This document shows positions 45,736 through 56,619 of a stretch of DNA of 64,000 nt, piece by piece (the first letter of the stretch is position 1; every line of letters starts with the position of its first letter). This stretch comes from the human T2T-CHM13v2.0 reference genome, Homo sapiens. Location of the stretch: assembly GCF_009914755.1 (NCBI RefSeq), contig NC_060929.1. One strand, 5' to 3'. The notes beneath the pieces are model-generated. The model did no database searches, was not told where the DNA came from, and saw only the letters and a program-made list of their open reading frames with translations. A program made the position numbers and the translations under genes.

Positions 45736-46124
45736 TGGTATGGTTTGCATGTGTCTCTGAAAATTCATGTATTGGAAACTTAATCCCCAATGCAACATTG
45801 TTGGGAGGTGGGGCCTACATGGAGGTGTTTAGGTCATGAGGGATCTGCCCTTATGAGTGGATTAATGCCACCATAAAAAGGGTTTGCAGGAGCATGTTCT
45901 CTATCTTCTACCCTTCTGCCAGGTGAGGACATAGCGTTCCTTCCTCCATTCCTCTTGAACACAGGAGGCAGTGTTCAAGGTGCTATGGTAGAAGAAGAGA
46001 GATTGGGCCCTAACCTGCTGGCACCTTGATTTTGGACTTCCCAGCCTCTAGAACTGTAAGAAATAAATTTCTATTCATTATAAATTACCCATTCTGTGAT
46101 AGTAGCAGAAAACATACTGAGACA
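45736..46124 (+). mobile_element. MSTD-like MaLR solo LTR
   Basis: TTGGAAACTTAATCCCCAATGCAACA...GGTCATGAGGG; ends ACTGAGACA; TSD ATGGG/ATAGG. Confidence 0.85.
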
Positions 46125-46439
46125 ATAGGCATGCACGGCTTTCTAGCTATTAATTTCCTTAGATGTTCTTCTTTCCAAAACTGCCTTGTTGAGTACCTGT
46201 CTGTCACCTATCAGTTTTTTTCCCCAGCTCCCCTTCAACAGTGTTCATCTCTTACTGTACTAGAAAAAAAAAGGTAGACTCATGCAGTTGAAATCTCAGT
46301 ATATGATGTATTGCCCCAGGTTGAAAAGACTTCTAGGGATAATTTGAAAAGACAGATTCCATGAGGCGACGAGAGATTTCATTTTATCCTGCCTACACAC
46401 TCATGGTGGAGTTCAGTGTTTATTTACATCTGTCTGTCT

Positions 46440-46590
46440 ATCATGTATTATCTGTCATCTTCTTTTCCATCCAGTATTCACAAAATACTTCAAATATTAA
46501 GCACCTACTATGTTCTTATTGTGTGGAAAACATATCAGTGAGCAACAGATAAAAATCCCTGCCCTTTCAGAGCTTATGTTCTAGTGGTAA
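46440..46590 (-). mobile_element. L2 3' fragment
   Basis: AATATTAAGCACCTACTATG...CCCTGCCCTTTCAGAGCTTATGTTCTAGTGG. Confidence 0.65.
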
Positions 46591-46659
46591 GGGAACTGCC
46601 TTCCTCCCCTTTTTCAACTTAGCTTAAATGAAAATTAATAAGTGAGATAGTTATCATAG

Positions 46660-47014
46660 GGATGCACATTATCATTTTCTTTAATTAAAAACTGAAGTCA
46701 GACATGTTTTCTGATTGAAGGTACATTTGATGTGAAGTACTGGTTTGACAATGAGAGTTAGCTTTGCCAATTAGCTTCTTCAGTTGGCAGTTTCTGTAAG
46801 TTGAATGAACTGAATCTGAAGCTGTAAACTTTTGACAAAATCTATATTTGAAGAACATGTGTAATATACCTCACTGCTGGGAATCTCATAACTTGTTACT
46901 CTTTGAACAAATGATAATTTAAAATGTAGATATCAAATTTAAAATGTGTAAAGACATATGTGATTTTTCAAAATTTGTTCGGAGAATACATAATAAAACA
47001 TTTTGAAGATCACC
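46660..47014 (+). mobile_element. hAT-Charlie DNA transposon remnant
   Basis: Frame from 46744 reads FDNES*LCQLASSVGSFCKLNELNLKL*, resembling the Charlie transposase motif W..LAYLADIF.KLNELNL.LQG; ends AAACATTTTGAAGATCACCG (TIR-like). Confidence 0.65.
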
Positions 47015-47234
47015 GTCCTAGGGTTCTACTTTAAAACTGATTGGTTGGAGAGAGCTCAAGACTCCCTTGAATTAACTTCCTTATTAAGAGATCAGCTCAC
47101 AATCTGTAAAGTTCTTTCCGAATAGAATGAATAAAGGAAAAGAAGGTGGTTAACAAGTTTTGGGTTGAAAACTACCTTTTTTTAATATTCATTATCCTTT
47201 CTTGATCATTTATGACATTGTTCTTCATGTAAAG

Positions 47235-47461
47235 CAGAGTTTCTCAATCACAACATAGTTGACATTTTAGACCAGAGAATTCTTTCTTGTGGGGACTGTC
47301 CTTTGCATTGTAGAATATTTAGAAATATCCCTGGCCTCTACCCACTAGATGCCAATAGCGCTCCCTCTCCCCCAGTTATGATAACCAAAAATATTTCCAG
47401 ATATTGCCAACTGTCTCCCCTGGGGGAGGGGGCACAAAACCATCCCTGATTACAACCACTG
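47235..47461 (-). mobile_element. MER20 DNA transposon
   Basis: CAGAGTTTCTCAA...TCCCTGGCCTCTACCCACTAGATGCCAATAGC...AACCACTG. Confidence 0.9.
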
Positions 47462-47899
47462 TGCTGTTGTAACTAGGTGTGTTGACGTTCTTTTTGATAC
47501 AGTAACCAGGAGTCCCCTGGGATGTCCTTATCCCTAAAACTAAAATCTAAACAAACTTTTTAGCTTACATACAGTCAAGGAAAAACAAAAGGAACTTTTT
47601 CAAGATCTACTCTCCTGGGGTTAGTGGCAGAGTGCCTCCATACTGGGAGGCACATATTTCATGGGAATTGTTCTTATGGGAAATTTCCTCACATTCTGCT
47701 ACTGATTAGTTCATTCATTCCTTCAGAGTTACATAATTCTACTCAGCTGCAGTTGGCAAACAGATTAGTTGATTTAAAACTAATTCTAAACATTAAACTT
47801 ATACAAGTACAACAAAAATTCTTCAGTTATTCCTAATTTTCCATGCATAGACAACTATAGGTTGACTTAACTATAAAATATAATTTTTAGAATGGAAAA

Positions 47900-48921
47900 T
47901 GCTGTGATATTTAGTGAAACTGCTTTGAGTGGAAAAGATTCACATAAATGGGCTAATGTGATTCAAGTTTAGGCAAAGTTCTAAGAAAGTAAATTAACAG
48001 CTCTCCAAATCCTGAAAGGAGGAGGTAGACCATACAAACAGGACTTACAAAGAAAGAAATGACTCGAGCTAGTTTTGCCAATCTTATAAAAACTTTTAAT
48101 TTGGAGGGGCCAATGGTTGGCAATGAAAGAATTTCTTGAAAGACTTACTGATGACGGAGGGTGGATTGATGATTTTCTTTTCACCTCAAACCTAGTTAGA
48201 AAGGCTGCAAGGAGACTCATGTAGACCCAAGAAATGGAAATCCTGGAATTAATGATATGGTCCAAGCCTGGACAAAAAGGCTACAGCAGAAGCTGTCCGA
48301 AATGTCTCATGCCAGCAGAGAACAGGACTGCATTTGGAAGCAGGCGCCTTCTCCTGAAAGGCAAGTCAAAGGTAACTAATTGGCATTCCACAGTAGGAAT
48401 GTTGACTTAAGGCTGCTTTCATGAGAACATCTGCCCAGTGGCAAGTGACGAGCAGAAGAGGCTGGGGGCACATGGGGAGGTGTAGAACTAAGGAGGAGTG
48501 ATAAACAGCCAGCTGGAGGAGAGGCATCACCAAGTAAGAGGAACATTGATGACATCTCCTAGGAGTAAAGGGGAGTGGATCTGAGAGAAAGGATTCTCTG
48601 GAAGAAGCACTGAGCAGGTTGGAGGAGGGGCTCACAAGGAGAAGCTTTTAACTTTGAATGACTTTCTGAATTTTTGATCAATACAACACAATGAACGACA
48701 TAATTATGAAAAGGAGATGATTTTTATGCTTGAGATTGACTGAAGACTGGTGTACTGGGTAAGGTTTAAGGAGCTAAGCTATGTGATCTACCCAAGAGTT
48801 TTTCTAGGTACAGAGGAAGAACGGGTTGCATGAAGAGGACATGAACAAGCAATGAGGAGTGAAATAAAGTTGTTTTCTGATTGCATTCTGTACATCTTTC
48901 TTGTTCAACATTTCAGTTACA
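47900..48921 (+). mobile_element. Possible ancient Gypsy-type LTR (MamGypLTR-like)
   Basis: Purine-rich body, AATAAAG near end, terminal GTTACA; weak. Confidence 0.3.
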
Positions 48922-49642
48922 TGCAAGTAAATATTGCACAGCTTATTCCGTGATAATCCTATTGATGGTTTTATAGCATAATGCAGTATCAGTTTTATTT
49001 TGCTATAAATTACATATTGCCTACTCCTTCATCATTCAGACAAAAATGTTCTCAGTTCTTTCTCATCATAATGTAGTAAATTCTTGCCATAGTACTGTAT
49101 GGGATTTACTAGTCTCTAGTTTAAAAGAACAAAAAAAGCAGAAGAAAATCCCACACAGAAACAATTCAGAAATGCTTGTTTTTGCTTATAAATCTTCCCT
49201 AAACATAGTGAATTTAATTGATTAAGGGAGACTTGATGACTGGTGTTATAATTCAATCTCTGGGCTTTGATTATAACATAAACCAACCGGATTTCTTCAA
49301 CAGAAATATAGCATTCAAATCTATCTTGCCTTATTGGTATCCTTTATACTGCATATGCATTATACGGCTTAAAAAATGTCAGGTTCCACAAGCATTAATT
49401 CTGCCACAAGATATTCAAGTGAGAACATTCTCTAGTGAAGCAATATAGGCATGAATGCTTAGACTGGAAGTAGATCCCAGCCAAAGGAGAAACAAAAGTG
49501 TTATTTACTGAAGAGCTTGCTTAGTAAAGAAAGGTTTATATGCTGAGTATTAGTAAACCCAATTCCACATTCTGCAGCTATGACTTGAAACTTAACTGAG
49601 TGTGTATTATTTATGACTTTTAATTGCAAAGCATAGTATAAA

Positions 49643-49696
49643 AAGAGAGGAGGGGAGAGAGATAGGGTGAGGGAGAGCAAGACAGAGAGAGAGAGA
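49643..49696. repeat. GA-rich low-complexity tract
   Basis: Polypurine (GA)n. Confidence 0.8.
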
Positions 49697-49724
49697 AACA
49701 ATCTATTTTAAATGTAAATGGAGA

Positions 49725-50125
49725 AATTCCAAGATACTTGCTTTAAGTGTAGCTGGATCCTGTTGTTCAAGTAATATGAAATCATCTCTCTCTTCATCTT
49801 GACTCTGTGTTGACCTATGCAACTAGAGACTTTTTTTTTTTCTCCAAGTTCTAGGAAAGAGAGTGCTTCCTTCATTGTCTTCCTTCTGGGATTAGCCCTG
49901 AATAAACTGGCCTGGGTTACATGCCCATTTTAAACACATCATTGTGATTAAGTGCATGGTACATGATGATTTTCCAGGCCTGGATAATATCTCTATTGCT
50001 AGTTATGATGGATGGAGCCAGCCCTAGGCAAACGATAAGAGGGTAGTCTTCAAGCAAAATCTGGGTGCTCTTATAAGATTAAAGGAGAAAGGAAACTAGG
50101 TAGATTTAAAAGAACAGATTCCACT
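49725..50125 (-). mobile_element. Old MLT1 (K/L-like) LTR fragment
   Basis: GCTGGATCC...TGGCCTGGGTTACATGCCCA...CCAGGCCTGG. Confidence 0.55.
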
Positions 50126-50609
50126 TGAGATAATTTATGTAATCTTTTAAGATTTAATCTCTGTGTCTGTAGAACAAGCACAAATAATACAAATTTTATA
50201 TATTTTCCAGGCTCATTATTATAATGCTTAAATGAGATCATAGATGTAGAAATACATCAAAAAAAGTGTTGAATTCAGTAAAATGTTTGTAGAATAGTAA
50301 AATATTCTACAGATCAAAAAAATTAATAAAACCATCTATATGTTGAGACCAACTAAATAGTTCTTCTGTGGAGGGTTTTGTGATATTTCTTATTGTATAA
50401 ATCAAGAATTATTGGTATTTTGTTTTCTAGGACAGAAGGACTGCCTTAAAGTGAAAATATATATCCAGTTGCTGTATCTCTTCCAATATATAACTCCTAT
50501 GATGTAAATAAGCAAGAATGAAATATTGGGATTAAATTAATTTCTGGGCAGTCACAAAGCAGATACCCTCTGGAGGATGCAAGGGCTACTTCTTTTTCCT
50601 AAGATGGCA

Positions 50610-50816
50610 GCTTGGTGCAATTAAAATATAGGAACTTGAAATTTTGACAGAACTGCATTTGAGTTCTAGCTTCATCATTACTTATCTGTGAGATGGACAA
50701 TTGACTTCACCTCTCTGACCCTCAGTTTCTTATCTATAGAAATAGGGATGATAACCAGCATGTGGGGTATTAGGGGCTTCTAGAGATAATATATGCCACA
50801 AAATTTTTTTCACAAA
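50610..50816 (+). mobile_element. MIR (probably split by Tigger1)
   Basis: ACTTCACCTCTCTGACCCTCAGTTTCTTATCTATAGAAATAGGGATGATAA core. Confidence 0.8.
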
Positions 50817-53168
50817 CAGGCATTCCTCAAATATATTATAGATTTCGTTCTGGACCACCATAATAAAGAGAGTATCACGAGAAAGTCATATGAATTTTTT
50901 TGTGGTTTTCCAATGCATATAAAATTTATATCATATTGTAGTCTATTAAGTGTGCAGTGGCATTATACCTGAAAAATAATGCACATACTTTAATTAAAAA
51001 TTTCTAAAAATTCTCCATGATGATCTAAGCCTTCAGTGATTTGTAAGCTTTTTGCTGGTCTTACCTTGATATTGATAGCTACTGACTGATCAGGGTGGTA
51101 GTTGCTGAAGTTTGACATGTCTGCGGCAATTTCCTAAAATAAGACAATAATGAAGCTTGCCACATTAATTGACTCTTCCTTTCAAGAAAGATTTCTGTGT
51201 AGCATGCCAGGCTATTTGATAACCTCTTACCAACAACAGAACTTCTTTCAAGACTGGGCTACTCAATCCTCTCAAATCCCGCTGCTGCTTTATCAACTAA
51301 GTTATGTAATATTTGAAATCCCTTGTTGTCATTTCAACAATGTTCAGAGGATGTTTACCAGCAGTAGATTCCATCCCAAAAAACCATTTTATTTGCTCAT
51401 TTATAAGAAGCAATTCCTCATTTGTTCATATTGTATCATGAGATTACAGCAATTCAGCCACATCTTTAGGTTTTCCTTCTAATTCTAGTTCTCTTGCTGT
51501 TTCCACCACATCTGCTGTTACTTTCTCCACTGAAGTCTGGAACCCTCAGATTCATCCATGAGGGTCAGAATCAACTTCTTCCAACCTCTTAATGTTGATA
51601 TTTTGACTTCCTCCCATGAATCATAAATGTTCTTAAAGGGATCCATAATGGTAAATCTTTTCCAGAAGGTTTTCAATTTTCTTTTCCCAGAATCAGAGTG
51701 ATCAGAAGAATCACTAGTTATGATAGCTATAGCCTTTCAAAATGTATTTCTTAAATAATAAGTCTTGAAAGTCAAAATTACTCCTTGAACCATGGGCTGC
51801 AGAATGGATTTTGTGTTAGCAGGCATGAAAACAACATTAATCTCCTTCTATATCTCCATCAGAGCTCTTGGGTGAATAGTTGCCTTGTCAACAAGCAGTA
51901 ATATTTTGAAAGTAATCTTTTTTTCTGAGCAGTAGGTCTCAATAGCAGGTTTAAAATATTCAGTAAGCTGTTTTATAAACAGATGTGCTGCCATCCAGAC
52001 TTTATTGTTCCATTTATAGAGCAGAAGCAGAATGATTGTATAACTCTTAAGGGTCCTAGGACTTTCAGAATGTTGCATAAGCATTGGCTTCAACTTCAAG
52101 TCACCAGCCGCATTAGCCTCTAACAAGAGTCAGCCTGTCCTTTGAAGCTTTGGAGCCAGTCATGGACTTCTCCTCTCTAGCTATGAAAGTCCTAGATGGC
52201 ATCTCCTTCCAATTTAAAGCTGTTTAATCTACATGGAAAATCTGTTGTTTCATGTAGGTCCCCTTCACCAGTTATCTTAGCTAGATCTTCTGGATAACTT
52301 GTGCAGCTTCTACATCAGCACTTGCTCCTTCACCTTGTACTTTTATGTTATGGAGACAGCTTCTTTCCTTAAACCTTGTGAATCAGCCTCTGCTAGCTTC
52401 AAACTTTTCTTCTGCAGGTTCCTTATCAGGCTTCATTGAATTGAAGAGCGTTAGGGCCTGGCTTTGGAGTAGGCTTTGGCTTAAGGAAATGTCGTGTCTG
52501 GTTTGCTCTATCCAGACCCCTCAAATTCCTTATCAGCAATAAGGCTGTTTTGCTTTTTCATCATTCATGTGTTCACCGGAGTAGTACTTTTGATCTCCTT
52601 CAAGAACTTTTCCCTAACTGTTTGGCTCATGGGCCTGGTGTTCAGCCTGTCTCAGTTTTCAACATGCCTTCCTTGCTAAGCTTAATCATTTCTAGTTTTT
52701 TGATTTGAAGAGATTTGAGAATCTTTCTTTCACTTGAACCCTTAGAAGTCATGGTAGGATTATTAATTGGCCTAATTTCAATATTATTATGTCTCAGAAA
52801 ATAGCAAGGGCTGAGAAGGAGAGAGATGGGTGAATGGCCAGTCAATGAATCAGTCAGAACACACACAACATTCATCAATTAAGTTCACTGTCTTATCTGA
52901 GTCCGGTTCATGGTATCCACAAAACAGTCACAATGGTAACCACAAAGATCACTGATCACAGATCCCCATAACAGATATAATAATAATGAAAAACTTGAAG
53001 GATTGCAAAAATTACAAAAGTGTAACAGAGACCCAAGTGATCACATTGTTGGAAAAAATGATGCCTATGGATTTGCTCGATGCAAGGTTGCCACAAATAT
53101 TCAGTGTAAAAAATAACAGTATCTATGAAGTGCTATAAAGTGAAGTGCAATAAAATGAGGTATGCCTA
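50817..53168 (-). mobile_element. Near full-length Tigger1 (TcMar-Tigger) DNA transposon, transposase pseudogenised
   Basis: TIRs CAGGCATTCCTC / GAGGTATGCCTA; peptide [13 protein letters not shown]...[14 protein letters not shown]...KILLLVDKA (51848-52126); ~2.35 kb. Confidence 0.95.
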
Positions 53169-53414
53169 TATAAGCACACAACAAATGGGGATTTTATTCA
53201 CTTTTTTTATTATGCAGTTCTCAGTACACTCTCCTGGGTGTTCTAGGTAATAAGATGCTTTGAAGGGATAAAGTAATGAAGCGAGGCTTGAGTTGAGATG
53301 GACAGATGAAGAGACTGCTTACGTGACTTTTGCCATATTTCAGGAAACTAAGGGTATGAGCCAATGTTTGACCAAAGAAACAGTACCACTAAGGTGATAT
53401 AGAATAAGGGTTCT

Positions 53415-53729
53415 GTTTTGTTTTGTTTTGTTTTTTGAGACAGGTTCTTGCTCTCTCGCACAAGCTGGAATACAGTGGTGCGATCTTGGCGCACTGCAAA
53501 TTCCACCTCCCTGGTTCAAGCAACTCTCATGCCTCAGCCTCCTGAATAACTGGGATTAGAGGTTCATGCTACCATGTCTGGCTAATTTTTCGTTTTGTTT
53601 TTTTTTCTTAGTAGAGACAGCGTTTTGTCATGTTGGCCAGATTGGTCTTCAACTCCTGGCCTCAAGTGATCTGCCTGCCTCAACTTTGCAAAGTGCTGGG
53701 ATTACAGGCCCAAGCCACCACACACAGCC
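53415..53729 (-). mobile_element. Alu (old S/Jb-like)
   Basis: (TTTTG)n tail; TSD TAGAATAAGG(G/T)TTCT. Confidence 0.92.
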
Positions 53730-53761
53730 CTAGAATAAGGTTTCTTTTAAAACAGAGATTA

Positions 53762-54040
53762 GGCCTGGTGTGATGGCTCATACCTGTAATCCAGCACTCT
53801 GGGAGGCCAAGACAGGTGGATCATCTGAGGTCAGGAGTTTGAGACCAGCCTGGCCAACTTGGTGAAACCCCATCTCTACTAAAAATACAAAAAAAGTCAG
53901 CTGGGCGTGGTGGCAGGCACCTGTAATCCCAGTTACTTGGGATGCTGAGGCAGGAGAATCTCTTGAACCTGGGAGGTGGAGGTTGCACTCCAGCCTGGGC
54001 AACAAGAGTGAAACTGCATCTCAAAAAATAAAATAAAATA
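53762..54040 (+). mobile_element. AluSq-like with right-arm deletion
   Basis: GGAGGTTGCACTCCAGCC junction; GGGCAACAAGAG. Confidence 0.92.
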
Positions 54041-54059
54041 GATTAGACCTTGTACAACT

Positions 54060-54500
54060 CTTGTGAGCAGGTGGAGACAGTAAAGGAGAGTGGGATATGG
54101 ATAAGAGCAAGGACAAACGAGTCCACATCTATCTCTCATGGCCAGCAGCTGCTGCCATGGTGACCAGCAGTAGTAGCTTTTTCTCTAGTCTTCACCATGA
54201 GGTTGTACACACATTGGCCCAGGACTAGGAGAAGCTGCAGGAGGAGGTCTGGTGGGAGCTGGAGCCCCTGTGGGTCTGGTTGATGTCTCACGCCAACAAG
54301 GTGAGCTACCGGCTCAGTAAGAGCATGTGAGCTGCCACAGTTCCTGCACTTGGCACTGACTTTCAGGGCAGATATAAGAGCTGCTACTTCCCTTCTAACT
54401 TCCAACATCTTGTATGAATTCCTTGTGTGCAGCACTGACTCTGAACCCTGCAGGAGGGGACACCTGGGAAAGGCAATTCCAGATTGGTTATGTTGATATG
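54060..54500 (-). mobile_element. Ancient LTR fragment (LTR78/79-like)
   Basis: CTGCTACTTCCCTTCTAACTTCCAACATCTTG...GAACCCTGCAGG...CTGGGAAA; uncertain. Confidence 0.4.
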
Positions 54501-54627
54501 GTACAAAGTCACCTTACCAATTTAGAACTCAGAACCCAAGTATTACTAATAAACAGGAGATGGAGAAATGGCCCCGTGGGGTTCACGTTCATGAGGATGG
54601 AGGAGCAATTAGAAGTGCTCTTCTCCC

Positions 54628-55300
54628 ATTTTTTAAAACTTTCTACATTTACATAATTTCAGACTTACAGAAAAGTTGTAAGAAATGTACGAACCATTAT
54701 ATCTTCTACCCAGATTTTTCCACTATAATTTTGCCAAATTTGCATATTCTTCTTCTCTCTATATATACACATAGTATATATGTCTACATACATTTATACT
54801 GCTTACACATAAACACACATATTTTTTCACTAAAACACTTGAGGCTAATGATACACTTAGAGCCCTTTTATCTTCAGTTTGTAAAAAATATAGTATCTAC
54901 GAAGTGTCAAATACTTCTGTGTGTGTTTCCTAAGAGGAATGATATCCTCCTATATAACCCTATTACAATGATCAAAACCAGATCTTTGGGACAATACTAT
55001 ATTATCTCTAATGCTTATTTAAATTTTACCCAACTGTTGCAATAATACCCTTTGTGGCCAAAAAATTCTTTAAAGGTATGGTCCACATTCCAATCCGAGG
55101 CCACAAGCTGAATTTGGTTGTCCTGTCTCTCTGGTGACCTTCAGTCTGGACCTGTTTTTCAGACTGCCTTTGTCTTTCGTGAGCTTGGCTTTTCCTTAAA
55201 GTACAGGTGGGCACATTCGTATATTTTCCCTCCATTTGGGTTTGTCTGATTTTTTTTCTCAGAGTTAGACTGAAGAATTTGGCAGGTGGAGCAAAAAGTG
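54628..55300 (-). mobile_element. Old L1M (L1MC-like) 3' fragment
   Basis: ATAATTTCAGACTTACAGAAAAGTTG and TTCCCTCCATTTGGGTTTGTCTGAT motifs. Confidence 0.7.
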
Positions 55301-55317
55301 ATGTTTTATTCTTTCTA

Positions 55318-55524
<207 letters not shown>

Positions 55525-55635
55525 TAGCGTATTACATGAGATGGGATCTGCCTTCTCCTCCCATGTTTAAAATGCATCCTTACACCACGTATGTACCAGT
55601 GCGATCACTGCTGAGGATTTTTGTTTTCTCTGGAC

Positions 55636-55941
55636 TAGGGTTGGCAAACTTTTCCTGTAAAGAGCCAGAGAGTTAACATATTTGAGTTTGAAGGCCAGGA
55701 GTTCTCTGTCACAACTACTTAACCAGCTATTGTACTGTAAGAGCAACTACGACAATATATAAAGAACATATGCGACTATGTCCCAATAAAACTTTATTTG
55801 TAGACTTTGAAATTGGAATTTCCTGTAATCTTTATGTGTCAAGAAACGTTCTTTTGATGTTTCTCAACCATTTGAAATGTAGAAACGCTTATTTGCTCCT
55901 GAGTCATACAAATCTAGTAGCAGACCATAGTTTGCTGACCC
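55636..55941 (+). mobile_element. MER58 (B-like) hAT-Charlie element
   Basis: AGGGTTGGCAAACTTTTCCTGTAAAGAGCCAG...CCATAGTTTGCTGACCCT. Confidence 0.85.
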
Positions 55942-56150
55942 TACCTCTAGGACCTGCAGGTATTATTATTCAAAGCTGCTTTTTTTCCTCCTCACAGCTT
56001 TTATATCACATAGATACCTCAGCTGTAAAGGCCACCTTTTAATACTCTGTTTGTCTTTGAAGGGCCTGAAATGTAGGGAGGGAAAGCAGAGCTATTTAAC
56101 TTGTATTTGTAGAAACTGATTTTTCTTTATTACTCCATATTTTTCTCCAG

Positions 56151-56164
56151 TTCGCTTCTTGAAT
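56151..56164 (+). other. Candidate 14-nt microexon TTCGCTTCTTGAAT of an unidentified + strand gene
   Basis: Branch-like ACTGAT (56115-56120), ~30-nt AG-free pyrimidine tract ending TTTTTCTCCAG, donor AAT|GTGAGT, downstream RBFOX cluster. Confidence 0.6.
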
Positions 56165-56344
56165 GTGAGTATTGTACTTGGACCTAATTTTCATCTATTG
56201 TACATTGTACAATACTATTAGTTTGATTAATTAATGCATAATATATCCTGGAGACTAATTTGTTTACTCCTAGTGGACTCATTAAGGCTTGCTGTATGAA
56301 TGTGGGATTAGGTTTAAAAAGGAATCACCTTACAATGATTGACT

Positions 56345-56619
56345 TGCATGTCTGTTTTAAAAAGAAGAAAAATCTGACAAATGAAAATCAAGTAATCTCT
56401 ATCCCTAATCTATATCCCCCTCTTTAACCATAAAAGAGCATGAAAGGATTTCTAATGCTGCATGCATGTATGTTGACTTCCTATGGTGATATTTTAGAGT
56501 TGCATGATTTACTTACAAAAATTGATCATAGAAAAATGCAATTAAAGTAGCGTGCTAATATTTTCCTCCATAGGTGAATAGAGCAATGAGGACTTGCATC
56601 TCTGCTTTAATTCTGCATG
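56345..56619 (+). promoter_or_regulatory. RBFOX motif cluster (putative intronic splicing enhancer)
   Basis: TGCATG at 56345, 56459, 56463, 56501, 56614; GCATG at 56438; CTAAT/ACTAAT motifs nearby. Confidence 0.6.

Noticed and set aside
51848-52126. Tigger transposase ORF as a domesticated TIGD gene
   Set aside because: Fragmented by stops and frameshifts within an element that still has its TIRs.
56151-56164. Assignment of the microexon to a named gene such as PHF21A
   Set aside because: No neighbouring coding exons occur within tens of kb and I could not match the sequence; gene symbol left empty.
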